Shown: positions 21,493 to 31,547, counted from the first letter of the stretch. The stretch is DNA of 64,000 nt from Candidatus Eremiobacteria bacterium (GCA_963737065.1 CAVTRC010000001.1:1568001-1632000); one strand, 5' to 3'. Notes: generated by a model not told the origin, from the letters alone. A program made the numbers and translations.

Positions 21493-22089
21493 TTAAGACA
21501 ACGCGACCGTGTAGCCGACCGGCTTACAGCGGCCGTTGTTCGTCAGCTCCGATGAGCACGCGGCAATCGCAACGACGAGATCCGTCTCGGCCTGGAGTTC
21601 GACGTAGTCGCCCGCCCGGCTCGCGGGCGGGTGAATTTTGACTGCATTTCGTTCGACGCGAACGTCCATGAAGACGTTGAGCGTTGCGCGGACGTCGTCT
21701 TCACCGAGGCCGAACGGTTCGAGCGCGCGCGAAAGGTTTGCGTGACAACTGGCATGATCGAATTCGCCGCGCCGTTCGAACATCGTGCGGCTGCACGGCG
21801 CAAGCAATACATCGTGCACGCCGACGGTGTCCGCGACGATGCGCGCCAGCGGCGTGCTGCGATTCGAGTAGAGCACGTCACCGATCTGCGGAACGAGCCG
21901 CTCGTTATAATCGATCGTGCGGCCCGGCGAAAAACGGTCCTGCGCATCGTGGCGCGCGAAGAGCGCGACGTCGGCGACCTGTTCCCCTTCGATGTCGATG
22001 ATGCGCACACGTTCCCCGGCTGCGAGGATGAATGCCGTGCCGGTTTGCGGTTCGAGCTTTACGATTTGCGGTGAAACGGACATTTCCAA
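21493..22089 (-). CDS. DUF1989 / urea-carboxylase-associated family protein (carboxyguanidine deiminase-like)
   Basis: EGEQVAD, HDVLLAPCS, HASCHANL, NVFMDV, ACSSE. Confidence 0.82.
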   Translation of the reverse strand: MEMSVSPQIVKLEPQTGTAFILAAGERVRIIDIEGEQVADVALFARHDAQDRFSPGRTIDYNERLVPQIGDVLYSNRSTPLARIVADTVGVHDVLLAPCSRTMFERRGEFDHASCHANLSRALEPFGLGEDDVRATLNVFMDVRVERNAVKIHPPASRAGDYVELQAETDLVVAIAACSSELTNNGRCKPVGYTVALS

Positions 22090-22856
22090 TCTGTTTCCAC
22101 CGCACGGCCGGAGTATTGACGTGCCTCACTTGCCACGCCGTAATCGGTGAGGTTCGGATTGAGCGATCCTTGAAGCGCAAGCTCGCGTTCGCGAACGATC
22201 TCCTGCACGCGCGCAAAGTGTCCGCTGGCTTTGAGTTCGTCGAACTGCGCGTGCGAGTTGAAAATGAGCGCCGGAAACGGCAATCTGCGGCTCAAGCGCG
22301 ATGCCGACGGGTGCATGCCGACGACGAAAAATCCGTGTTCGGCAACGCTGAACGCAAAGGCCGGATCGGATGGATCGTCCGACACGCGCGAGTCCCAACC
22401 GAAATACTTGCGATCGATCGCGTGCAGTGTGCCGAGCTGCTCCCACAGGCGCGCCTCGAAGCCGGCTTCGTCGTACGTCGTGTCGTCGAACATCGCAACG
22501 AAGCTTTTGTATCGCGCGCGCATGTGCGGGAGTTCCGCGACGAAGGCCGCGAGATCGCGCGCGAGTCCCTCCGTTCCTTCGCGCGACGGTAAGCGGCGAT
22601 AAAAGCCGAACCGATAACCGCCGCTTGCGACGGCGCCCTTTGCGCCGACACACGAGAAGCCGTCATGCAAGACGAACGAGCGGAAAACCAAATGTGCCAT
22701 TTTTGCGCGCGCCGACGGCTCGTGCCAATCAAGGAGCCGCACGAGTTTGCCGTCGAGATACGCTGAGTAGTTGCTGGTGCGGTATGCCGCCGCGGTGCGA
22801 ATCGGGTTGTCTGAGTCGTAGAGGGACAGGGCTTGTTGCGGGCTCAAACCGCCCAT
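22059..22856 (-). CDS. YqcI/YcgG family heme protein (GntA/DcsA-like N-hydroxylase)
   Basis: FSCVGAK (family FPC motif), FFVVGMHP, SRLSRR, EARQYSGR, WKCPF. Probable ATG 22856. Confidence 0.8.
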   Translation of the reverse strand: MGGLSPQQALSLYDSDNPIRTAAAYRTSNYSAYLDGKLVRLLDWHEPSARAKMAHLVFRSFVLHDGFSCVGAKGAVASGGYRFGFYRRLPSREGTEGLARDLAAFVAELPHMRARYKSFVAMFDDTTYDEAGFEARLWEQLGTLHAIDRKYFGWDSRVSDDPSDPAFAFSVAEHGFFVVGMHPSASRLSRRLPFPALIFNSHAQFDELKASGHFARVQEIVRERELALQGSLNPNLTDYGVASEARQYSGRAVETDWKCPFHRKS

Positions 22857-23797
22857 TTTCGTCGAAGCTCCTTCGGTGATGATGCTGCGTGCTTCACAAT
22901 GCGCCCCGCATAGCGAACGCCGCCGAACCGTAGGCGCTCGTAAAGTGCGAGCCAGGCGCAGATCGCGCGCTCGGCGAGCCACAGCGGCGCGGCCACGACC
23001 GCGGTAACCGGAAAATACTGGTACCCGTTGGCGCGAACCCATCCCGTCAACGCAGCGCCGATTGCTAGCGCCGAGAACGCCGCAATGAGCGACGGACACG
23101 CAATACAGACCGGCGCAATGCACAGCGCCGCGAGCATACGCCCGGGCCGCGCGAACTCGTCATATGCTTGGCGCACGCGCTGGCTCCAGTAGTGCGCGGT
23201 TGTTGGGGGAAGACGGCGAACGAAGATGTCGCGGCGCACCGCTTCACGGCCGCCGCGCGCGCGCACGGTTTGCACGAGTTCGAAGTTTTCGAAAAGCGCG
23301 TTAGGATTGTAGCCGAACGGCGCGAAGCTGCGGCGGAATGCAAGCGTTCCCGGCCAGTCGCCGTCCAGTGTGCGATTGACCAACGTGCGCGACGTATCGA
23401 GCAACGCGTGCCAGGGAAGTGGATCGAAGTAGTTCTGCGGACGAACCACATCGGCATCGCGGAGGGCGGAAATGACGGCGCGCAGCGACCACGGCGTATA
23501 GCGAACGTCATCATCTGCAACGATGATCTTGTCGTGCTTACAGCGGCGAAGCCCCGTAAGTACACCGCGCACCTTGCCGTTTGCCCCCGCGATGTCCGGG
23601 TCGGGCGCAACGTGGAGAACGCGCGGGGCGAACGCTGCGGCATGCGCAGCGAAGATCGTATCGTCGGACGCGTCCACCACGATGACTTGCACGTGACGCA
23701 GAGCGTTCAGGTAACTCGCCAGTTCCGATACGTGCGCGGTCGACGTTGCGCGTATCGGGAGCAAGTAACTAGCCTCCTGGCACTCCGATCCGGTCAT
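22844..23797 (-). CDS. Membrane-associated GT2/GT21-like glycosyltransferase
   Basis: VDAS, NGKV, ADDDV, FEN, QRVRQ (QxxRW-like), C-terminal hydrophobic segments. Probable ATG 23797. Confidence 0.78.
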   Translation of the reverse strand: MTGSECQEASYLLPIRATSTAHVSELASYLNALRHVQVIVVDASDDTIFAAHAAAFAPRVLHVAPDPDIAGANGKVRGVLTGLRRCKHDKIIVADDDVRYTPWSLRAVISALRDADVVRPQNYFDPLPWHALLDTSRTLVNRTLDGDWPGTLAFRRSFAPFGYNPNALFENFELVQTVRARGGREAVRRDIFVRRLPPTTAHYWSQRVRQAYDEFARPGRMLAALCIAPVCIACPSLIAAFSALAIGAALTGWVRANGYQYFPVTAVVAAPLWLAERAICAWLALYERLRFGGVRYAGRIVKHAASSPKELRRKWAV

Positions 23798-24890
23798 CGA
23801 CTCCCCTATTCCCACCTCGCGCGAAGTCGAAGCCCATGCTGTAGTCATAGGCGCCGGCGTCAGCGATGACGATCGCCTCGATCGCATCCACTTCGGCGGG
23901 CAGCCGCACGTCGCCGCGGATGACGTCGTATTCGAGGCACGTGCATCCGAGAATACGATCCGGCCCGCGGTCGAGCAGCGTGATATCGCCGTCGGTCACG
24001 GCGAGCACACGGTGCGGGAACGAGCGGATCTGCGGAACGTCGGGGTACCCGGCGTCGACGACGACGTCGGTGACACCGTTGCAGCGGCGGATTTCGAGAA
24101 CCGGTGCAACGACGAACGCGCATGGCGTAACGACGGCTTGCCCCGGTTCCGCGAAGATCGCGTGTGCGGAGGGCAGCGCGGCCACGGTTTCCCGGAGCAG
24201 CCACGCGAAGTCACCGGCGGCGAGCGACTGATCGAACTCTACCGGCGTCTTTCCGCCGCCGACGTCGAACACGGTGACTTTCGCGCTCGTTCGGCGCTCG
24301 ATTTCGCGCGCAACGTCGATCGCCGACGCGACGATTTGCCGCCACGATCGATCTCCGAAGTCCTCCGGACGCACGTGCAGTGATACCGCGGTGGTTCGCC
24401 GCCCGCTCGCGCGGATCGCATCGCAGATCGCGTCGAGCTGTGATTCGACGATTCCGAATCGCGACGGAATGCCGGGCGGACGAACTCGAATGCCGACGAG
24501 CGCGCCGTCTAACCGGCGCGCGTTCTCGACGAACGCTTCGGGTGAATCGGAAAGAACGATTGCGGGAACGTCGCCCGCGCGCCACGCGGGGTGCGGCCCG
24601 TTGTAGATCGTGCGATTCGCAAAACCGATCCGATGAGCGAGCTCGAGTTCTTGCGGGCCGATCACTTCCGCATACAGTCCCGCTTCGTTCGCGAGCGCGA
24701 GCAACTCCGGATCGGGGTTCGTTTTTACGCTGTACGCGAAGCGCAGCGGCGCGCGCAGCGATTCGACGACGGCGAGCGCTTGAAAGTTGCGCCGCAACAC
24801 GTCGTAGAGCACGTAGCGCGTCCGGCGCGTGGGATCGGGATTTACGCGGGCGACGGCAATTCGGAGCGCGTCGTCATCGAGAGCGAGCAC
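23769..24890 (-). CDS. Fold-type III PLP-dependent decarboxylase (Orn/DAP/Arg family), substrate unknown
   Basis: YSVKTNP, YNGP, FDVGGG, EPGQ, GCTCLEYD, AGAY. Confidence 0.82.
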   Translation of the reverse strand: MLALDDDALRIAVARVNPDPTRRTRYVLYDVLRRNFQALAVVESLRAPLRFAYSVKTNPDPELLALANEAGLYAEVIGPQELELAHRIGFANRTIYNGPHPAWRAGDVPAIVLSDSPEAFVENARRLDGALVGIRVRPPGIPSRFGIVESQLDAICDAIRASGRRTTAVSLHVRPEDFGDRSWRQIVASAIDVAREIERRTSAKVTVFDVGGGKTPVEFDQSLAAGDFAWLLRETVAALPSAHAIFAEPGQAVVTPCAFVVAPVLEIRRCNGVTDVVVDAGYPDVPQIRSFPHRVLAVTDGDITLLDRGPDRILGCTCLEYDVIRGDVRLPAEVDAIEAIVIADAGAYDYSMGFDFARGGNRGVDDRIGVPGG

Positions 24891-25124
24891 ACTGTGCTTG
24901 TACCCGCGCGCAACGGCACCGCAAGCGGAGCTCCATAGACAAATGATGCGATGATCACTGCTGCAATGATGACATGCAGCATCGTAGGCCGTGAAAAACC
25001 GCCGCGAGCTTGCCGCGAAGTTTTATTACCTACGCGCAAAGTGGGAACGATGGGGCATGCGCAAGGAAGTCGTTACACTGCCCGATGGGCGCTACCTCAT
25101 CTGCTACACGTCCGAGGCGCGATA

Positions 25125-26093
25125 ATGTCCGAACTTCGATGGAACGCGTTGCTTGGTCAATGGGTCGCGACGGCAACACATCGGAATGCGCGGACGTTCC
25201 TGCCGCCGGCCGAATTCTGTCCGCTCTGCCCCACCGAAAGCGGCGGATTAGAAAGGGAAATTCTCGCCCGATCGTACGACGTGGCGGTTTTCGAAAATCG
25301 CTTCCCGAGTTTGCGTACGCCGCCGCCCGAGCCGGTGCTCGAAACCGCCGGGCACTTCGCCGTCGCGCCGGCGGCCGGGACATGCGAAGTCGTCCTCTAC
25401 ACCTCGCGTCATGATGCGACGCTTGCTGATCTCGACGTTACCGAAGTTCGAAACCTCGTCGACGTATGGACGGACCGCACGCGTGAACTCGGCGAACGAG
25501 GCGAGATCGCCTACGTGTACGTGTTCGAAAACAAAGGTGAAGAAATCGGCGTAACGCTCCATCATCCGCACGGACAGATTTACGCGTACCCGTTCATACC
25601 GCCGGTCATTCTGAAAGAGCTGGAGCAGTTTGCACGCTACGATGACGAGCACGATGCGTGTCTGCTGTGCGATCTGCGCGACGATGAAGTGAGGTACGAC
25701 AAGCGCGTCGTTGCGAGCGACGAGCGCTTTACGGCCTACGTTCCGTTCGCCGCGCGGTGGCCGTACGAGGTGCATATCGTGAGCGCGCGGCATTTCGGCG
25801 CATTCACCGAATTCAGCGATGAGGAGAAAGACGCGTTCGCCGGCATGCTCTTGCGCGTCGTGCGCGCCTACGATCGGGTCTTCGACCGCTCCTTTCCATA
25901 CGTCATGGCGATGCATCAGCGTCCCATACACGGCAACCCTGAGGGTTACCATTTTCACGCCGAATTCTATCCGCCGTTGCGCACCGAACGGCGCTTGAAA
26001 TTTCTCGCAGGTTCGGAACTCGGTGCCGGGATGTTCATCAACGATACGTTGCCCGAGGAAACGGCAGCGCGAATTCGCGAGGGGATGAGGTGA
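25125..26093 (+). CDS. galT: Galactose-1-phosphate uridylyltransferase
   Basis: SELRWN, CPLCP, FENRFP, FENKG...HHPHGQ. Confidence 0.93.
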   Translation: MSELRWNALLGQWVATATHRNARTFLPPAEFCPLCPTESGGLEREILARSYDVAVFENRFPSLRTPPPEPVLETAGHFAVAPAAGTCEVVLYTSRHDATLADLDVTEVRNLVDVWTDRTRELGERGEIAYVYVFENKGEEIGVTLHHPHGQIYAYPFIPPVILKELEQFARYDDEHDACLLCDLRDDEVRYDKRVVASDERFTAYVPFAARWPYEVHIVSARHFGAFTEFSDEEKDAFAGMLLRVVRAYDRVFDRSFPYVMAMHQRPIHGNPEGYHFHAEFYPPLRTERRLKFLAGSELGAGMFINDTLPEETAARIREGMR

Positions 26094-27253
26094 CCGTAGC
26101 GGAGCGCGTACGCATTGCGCATCGAAAAATGTTCGGAAAGAAGCAGCCGCGCCTCTTTGCCGCACCCGGCCGCGTGAATCTGATCGGCGAGCATACCGAC
26201 TACAACGACGGCTTTGTTCTGCCGATCGCGATCGACCGATGGACGGTTGCGGGCGCGTCGCCCAATGAGAGCGACGTCGTGCGCATTCATTCGCTTGAAC
26301 TCCAGGATCGTGTCGACATCCCGATCGCTGCACCGTTTCGCCGCCGGTCCGGCTGGCATGATTACGCGGCCGGCGTCGTTGCTGCGATCGCGGAAGAACA
26401 TGCGCTCGAATGCGGGGTCGATATTACGATCGGAACCGATGTCCCAATCGGCGGCGGCCTTTCGTCGTCCGCGTCGTTCGAACTCGCGCTCGCGCAAGCG
26501 CTCGTTTCGTTCGCCGGAATTGAAACGAATCCGGATCGTCTAGCGGCGTTCGGCCGGCGTGCAGAGCACGACTACGTCGGCATCCGGAGCGGGGCGATGG
26601 ATCAGCTTGCCGTCGCGCACGGCATTGTAGACAGCGCGCTTTTCATCGATTGCCGCACGTTGGCCGTCGCGCCGGTTGCGTTCCCTGCGGGTGTTACGGT
26701 TGCAGTAATGGACACCGGCGTGAAGCATTCGCTGGCGACCTCGGCGTACAACGAGCGACGTGAAGAGTGCGAGCGAGGCGTCGCGCTTCTCAAAACGGCT
26801 GGAGTCGACATCGAAGCATTGCGCGACCTCACGCCGCAGACGTTGCAAGCGAACGAAGCGCGGTTGCCGTCTCCGGTACGCGAGCGCGTGCGCCACGTCG
26901 TCGACGAAGACGAGCGGACGAAAGCAGCCGTTGCGGCTCTAGCTGAAGGCGACGTTGCGCAAGTCGGCCGGCTGATGAATGAATCGCACGCGTCGTTGCG
27001 CGATCTCTACGAAGTGTCGATTCCCGAACTCGATGAGCTCGTCTCGCTTGCACGTCGCGTTGACGGCGTATACGGCGCGCGCATGACGGGCGGCGGCTTT
27101 GGGGGATGCGCGATTGCGCTGGTGGACGACGACGCTGCGGAGAACCTGCTCGCGCACGTAACGAGTCAGTATTACAGCGTGCGAAACCTTGCGGCGGCCG
27201 CGTTCCTTACCGGAGCCTGTACCGGCGCACACGAGATACGAGCCGAAGCTTAA
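26090..27253 (+). CDS. galK: Galactokinase
   Basis: APGRVNLIGEHTDYN, GGGLSSSAS, GARMTGGGFGG. Confidence 0.95.
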   Translation: MTVAERVRIAHRKMFGKKQPRLFAAPGRVNLIGEHTDYNDGFVLPIAIDRWTVAGASPNESDVVRIHSLELQDRVDIPIAAPFRRRSGWHDYAAGVVAAIAEEHALECGVDITIGTDVPIGGGLSSSASFELALAQALVSFAGIETNPDRLAAFGRRAEHDYVGIRSGAMDQLAVAHGIVDSALFIDCRTLAVAPVAFPAGVTVAVMDTGVKHSLATSAYNERREECERGVALLKTAGVDIEALRDLTPQTLQANEARLPSPVRERVRHVVDEDERTKAAVAALAEGDVAQVGRLMNESHASLRDLYEVSIPELDELVSLARRVDGVYGARMTGGGFGGCAIALVDDDAAENLLAHVTSQYYSVRNLAAAAFLTGACTGAHEIRAEA

Positions 27254-27416
27254 GATTGCGCTGCTTCAAGTCGGTTCGCAGTAACGCGCGCGTCGCTTCA
27301 GCGCTCGCTCACGGTGTATTCCAGGCACGTATCCCGGGTCGCAAGCGCGATGTTCAGTGTCATGCCGTAGACAAGCGACGTTTGAGGGGCGGCGTGCGCT
27401 GGTATTGAGTGACGCA

Positions 27417-28532
27417 ATGCTTCGCACAGGTACACCGCTGCTCTGCTTCTCGCACCTTCGCTGGGACTTCGTGTTCCAGCGGCCGCAACACATTATCAGT
27501 CGACTCGCTCAACGGCAGCCGGCTTTTTTTTGGGAAGAGCCGGAACGAACTGAGCGCGAGCCGTTTCTCGAAGCGCGTCGCGACGGCAACGTAACCGTAC
27601 TTAAGCCACGCTTGCCTTCCACGTTGCACGGGACGGCACGCGATACTGCGCAGCGCCGCCTGCTCGATTCGTTCATCGCAGCGCGCAAGATTGAAGATCC
27701 GATCCTGTGGTACTACACGCCGATGGCGCTCGAATTCTCGGGTCACCTCGGCGGGATGCGCGTGTACGACTGCATGGACGAGCTCTCGCTCTTCCAAGGC
27801 GCTCCCGCGGAACTGACGGCAAACGAGCGAAAGCTGCTGTCAATCGCGGATATCGTGTTCACCGGCGGGAGAAGTTTGTACTACTCCAAGCGCCGTGCGC
27901 ACGCGAACGTCCATTGTTTCCCGAGCGCCGTCGAGGCGGCGCATTTCGCACGCCGCGGCTTCGATGAACCCGCCGATATGCGCGACGTGCGCCGTCCGCG
28001 TATGGGCTTCTACGGCGTCATTGACGAACGGTTCGATCGTGAATTCGTGCGCGAGCTTGCCGCAGATCTGCACGACTGGTCGCTGATCTTCATCGGCCCC
28101 GTCGTCAAAATCGATCCGGCCGAGTTACCGCGCGGCGAGAACATCCATTACATCGGTATGAAATCGTACGCGGAGTTGCCGGCGTATCTCGAACACTGGG
28201 ACGTCGCGCTCTTGCCCTTTGCTCGCAACGATGCAACGCGTTTCATCAGTCCGACGAAAACGCTCGAATATCTCGCCGCGCACAAGCCCGTAATCTCGAC
28301 GCCGATCGCCGATGTCGTCGATCCGTACGGTACCGAAGGCCTCGTAACGATCGCGGAAACGCCGCGAGCCGCGGCATCGGCCGCGCGCATTGCGTTGCAC
28401 GATGCGCAGCCGGAACAGTGGCATGCGCGCGTCGACGAGTTGCTCGAAACCATGTCGTGGGATCGCACCGTGAACGAAATGGGCGCGCGGATCGATGACG
28501 TTCACGACCGTACGATTGAGGTAGCCGGGTGA
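27417..28532 (+). CDS. GT-B fold glycosyltransferase of the type found with or fused to Glf
   Basis: FSHLRWDFVFQRPQH, YDCMDELS, GVIDER, ISPTKTLEYLA. Confidence 0.85.
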   Translation: MLRTGTPLLCFSHLRWDFVFQRPQHIISRLAQRQPAFFWEEPERTEREPFLEARRDGNVTVLKPRLPSTLHGTARDTAQRRLLDSFIAARKIEDPILWYYTPMALEFSGHLGGMRVYDCMDELSLFQGAPAELTANERKLLSIADIVFTGGRSLYYSKRRAHANVHCFPSAVEAAHFARRGFDEPADMRDVRRPRMGFYGVIDERFDREFVRELAADLHDWSLIFIGPVVKIDPAELPRGENIHYIGMKSYAELPAYLEHWDVALLPFARNDATRFISPTKTLEYLAAHKPVISTPIADVVDPYGTEGLVTIAETPRAAASAARIALHDAQPEQWHARVDELLETMSWDRTVNEMGARIDDVHDRTIEVAG

Positions 28533-29653
28533 AGAAGCCGCACATCGACTATCTCGTTGTCGGCGCTGGATTCGCGGGCAGCGTCATCGCAGAACGGCTA
28601 GCGGCTGACGGCGGCAGGCGAGTGCTGGTCGTCGATCGCCGCCCGCACGTCGGCGGCAACGCGTATGACTGCAAGAATGCCGACGGTATTTTGATCCATC
28701 AGTACGGTCCGCACATTTTCCACACGAACTCCGCGGAAGTGTTCAAATATCTTTCGCGGTTTACGCACTGGCGCGCGTACGAGCATCGCGTCCTTGCATC
28801 GGTGCGCAACATGCTCCTGCCGATGCCGATCAATCTCGATACGGTCAACCGCCTTTACGGCCTACAACTCGAGAGCGACGATTTGGAGGCGTTCTTCGCG
28901 GAGCGCGCTGAGCGCATCGAGCGTGTTCGCACGTCGGAAGATGTCGTCGTCTCACGCATCGGACGCGAGCTCTACGAACTGTTCTTTGCCGGCTATACTC
29001 GCAAACAGTGGGGCCTGGACCCGAGCCAGCTCGACGCCTCCGTAACCTCGCGCATTCCCATTCGCACCGATCGCGACGACCGGTATTTCAACGACACGTT
29101 CCAGGCAATGCCGTTGCACGGCTATACGCACATGTTCGGAAACATGCTCGATCATCCCAACCTTTCGCTGATGTTGGGCGTCGACTACCGCGACGTCATC
29201 GACGAGGTCGACGCCGCGGAGATCGTCTACACCGGCCCGATCGATGAATATTTCGGCTACCGCTTCGGGAAATTACCGTACCGCTCGCTGCGGTTCGATC
29301 ATCAAACGATCGATCGCGAGTGGTTGCAGCCGGTCGCGGTCGTGAATTATCCGACAGACCAGCCATACACACGTGTAACCGAGTATAAGCATCTCACCGG
29401 GCAAACGCATGCGAAGACGAGCGTCACATACGAATACGCGCAAAGCGAGGGGGATCCATACTATCCCGTTCCGCGACCCGAAAACGCTGTGATCTACGCG
29501 CAATACAAGGCGCTTGCCGACGCGACCGCCGGCGTCCACTTCGTCGGGCGCCTCGCGACGTACAAGTACTACAACATGGACCAAGTCGTTGCGCAAGCGC
29601 TGACGGCGTACGCGAAAATCAAGGGCGCTCAAACATGGACACAGGTGGCGTAG
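28529..29653 (+). CDS. glf: UDP-galactopyranose mutase
   Basis: VVGAGFAG, GGNAYD, YGPHIFHT, YTRKQWG, GRLATYKYYNMDQ. Confidence 0.95.
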   Translation: MKKPHIDYLVVGAGFAGSVIAERLAADGGRRVLVVDRRPHVGGNAYDCKNADGILIHQYGPHIFHTNSAEVFKYLSRFTHWRAYEHRVLASVRNMLLPMPINLDTVNRLYGLQLESDDLEAFFAERAERIERVRTSEDVVVSRIGRELYELFFAGYTRKQWGLDPSQLDASVTSRIPIRTDRDDRYFNDTFQAMPLHGYTHMFGNMLDHPNLSLMLGVDYRDVIDEVDAAEIVYTGPIDEYFGYRFGKLPYRSLRFDHQTIDREWLQPVAVVNYPTDQPYTRVTEYKHLTGQTHAKTSVTYEYAQSEGDPYYPVPRPENAVIYAQYKALADATAGVHFVGRLATYKYYNMDQVVAQALTAYAKIKGAQTWTQVA

Positions 29654-30933
29654 AGATTTGGGGCGGTATCGAATGTACCGTCGCTCGCGTTCACGAGCGG
29701 GTCGTCGATCAAACGCACCGCACCGGACATCACCACCGCCTCAATGACCTTGATGCGATTGCGTCGCTCGGCATAAAAACGCTCCGGTACCCCGTGCTTT
29801 GGGAACGCATTGCACCCAACGGGGTCGATTCGGCTGATTGGTCGTGGACGGACGAGCGGCTCGCGCGCATGCGGGAGCTCGGCATCGAGCCGATCGTGAC
29901 GCTCCTCCATCATGGAAGCGGCCCGTTCGATACCAATCTGCTCGATCCGCAATTTCCGCACAAGCTCGCGCGATTCGCGCGCGCGGTAGCGCAACGGTAT
30001 CCGTGGCTGCGCAAGTTCACGCCCGTCAACGAACCGCTCACGACGGCGCGCTTCTCGGCGTTATACGGTCACTGGTATCCACATGCAACGGACGTCGTGT
30101 CGTTTGGGCGCGCGCTGCTCAACCAAGTCGAAGCGGTCGCGTGCGCGATGCGGGCGATCCGCGAAGTGATTCCGGACGCGCAACTCGTTCAAACGGAAGA
30201 TGTCGGCAAGACGTATGCGACGCTCGAACTGCAGTATCAAGCGCTGCACGAGAACGAACGGCGGTGGACGTCGCTCGACTTACTGTGCGGAAGGTTCGAC
30301 CGGAATCTAGAGATGCGACGGTTTTTCGACGGTGTGGGCGTCGACGTCAGTGATGCCGTGCTGGAACGATGCATCTGCCCACCCGATATTCTGGGGTTCA
30401 ACTACTACGTTACGAGCGAACGAATGTTGGATCATCGCCTCGAACGCTATCCCGGGCTCGCGGTCGGCGGTAACGGGCGCGACCGCTACGTCGACGTTGA
30501 AGCGGTTCGCGTTCGCGACGAGCCTCTCGGCGCGATCGCGTCGCTCGGAGCGGAGGCATGGAAACGATATCGTCGTCCGATTGCGATCACCGAAGCACAC
30601 CTCGCCGCGCCGTGCGTAGAGCAGATCCGCTGGCTTGAAGACCTCTATGCGCAGACGCAAGCGCTACGCGCATCGGGAGCCGACGTACGCGCGTTTACGG
30701 TCTGGGCGCTCTTCGGAGCATTTGATTGGAACTCGCTCTTGACCGTGCATTCGGACTATTACGAGAGCGGGTGCTTCGACGTCGGCAACGGCTTTCCACG
30801 CCCGACGCTTATTGCGCAATGGATTTCCGCACGCGCGCGCGGCGAGCGACTCCACCATCCTGCGCTTGCGTCCGCGGGATGGTGGCGTTGCGATGACCGT
30901 TTCATTGTCGCCGGCGGCGAACTCGCGTCGTAG
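29635..30933 (+). CDS. Glycoside hydrolase family 1-like protein
   Basis: WGGIECT, TLLHH, acid/base VNEP, GFNYY, nucleophile ITEA. Confidence 0.82.
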   Translation: MDTGGVEIWGGIECTVARVHERVVDQTHRTGHHHRLNDLDAIASLGIKTLRYPVLWERIAPNGVDSADWSWTDERLARMRELGIEPIVTLLHHGSGPFDTNLLDPQFPHKLARFARAVAQRYPWLRKFTPVNEPLTTARFSALYGHWYPHATDVVSFGRALLNQVEAVACAMRAIREVIPDAQLVQTEDVGKTYATLELQYQALHENERRWTSLDLLCGRFDRNLEMRRFFDGVGVDVSDAVLERCICPPDILGFNYYVTSERMLDHRLERYPGLAVGGNGRDRYVDVEAVRVRDEPLGAIASLGAEAWKRYRRPIAITEAHLAAPCVEQIRWLEDLYAQTQALRASGADVRAFTVWALFGAFDWNSLLTVHSDYYESGCFDVGNGFPRPTLIAQWISARARGERLHHPALASAGWWRCDDRFIVAGGELAS

Positions 30934-30938
30934 CGCGT

Positions 30939-31256
30939 CTAGTTCTTCGCCGCGTCCGCCATGCGCTTCGCAGCGTCGGCGAACTGCTTTTGCGTTTCGG
31001 CCGCAAGCTCGGCGAGCTTGGTCATGTACTCTTTGCGCGTTTCCAGCATCTCGTTCGTGAACGCGAACGTGCGGTCCATGAACTCAGACGGGGTCGGCAT
31101 CGTGAGCTTGGTGGCGTCGGTGACGTCAAACGCGGGCGCTTGCGCGATCAGCGATGCGAACGACTCAAGCGTGTTCACGTTAAGCTCTTGCGCCTGCTTC
31201 AGGCTGTTCAGAAACTGTTCTTGCGCCTTTTCAAAATACTCGATGTAGCTGTTCAT
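30939..31256 (-). CDS. Phasin-like amphipathic helical protein (105 aa)
   Basis: Predicted all-helical, A/Q/E/K-rich, lies downstream of phaC, and has its own promoter and GAGG RBS. Function inferred from context. Confidence 0.65.
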   Translation of the reverse strand: MNSYIEYFEKAQEQFLNSLKQAQELNVNTLESFASLIAQAPAFDVTDATKLTMPTPSEFMDRTFAFTNEMLETRKEYMTKLAELAAETQKQFADAAKRMADAAKN

Positions 31257-31286
31257 TCTGTCCTCGGATGGCATTGTGGTCTGCTA

Positions 31287-31316
31287 AGTATACCAAGCTA
31301 AAGCGAGGCGCGTCAA
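31287..31316 (-). promoter_or_regulatory. Sigma70-type promoter of the phasin-like gene
   Basis: Minus strand TTGACG (31316-31311), 18 nt spacer, extended -10 TGgTATACT (TATACT 31292-31287). Confidence 0.65.
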
Positions 31317-31321
31317 GGGAG

Positions 31322-31520
31322 GCGCTGTTGTGGGCCGTCGCCGATCCCGATAACTCGCGCGAGGCGCGTGCGCCACCGAGGATACCGGCGCACGTGCTGG
31401 CTGCCGCTGCGCTGCCCGAGCTCCACCGCGACCCGTTCGATCGCAGCACGATCGCGCAAGCGCAACTCGAGGGATTGACGTTCGTGACGCGCGACGCGGA
31501 AAACCACAACTATCGGTGCA
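31322..31520 (+). pseudogene. vapC: Internally deleted VapC/PIN toxin remnant
   Basis: ALLWAVADPD..SREARA joined to HVLAAAALPELHRDPFDR..IAQAQLEGLTFVTRD. The N-terminal LLDT and the central domain are absent. Confidence 0.72.
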
Positions 31521-31547
31521 CATTCTGCGTGCATGACGCAGCGTGGG

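Noticed and set aside
22059..22856. Guanitoxin or D-cycloserine biosynthesis
   Set aside because: Only the hydroxylase family is shared; the other pathway genes are absent from the window.
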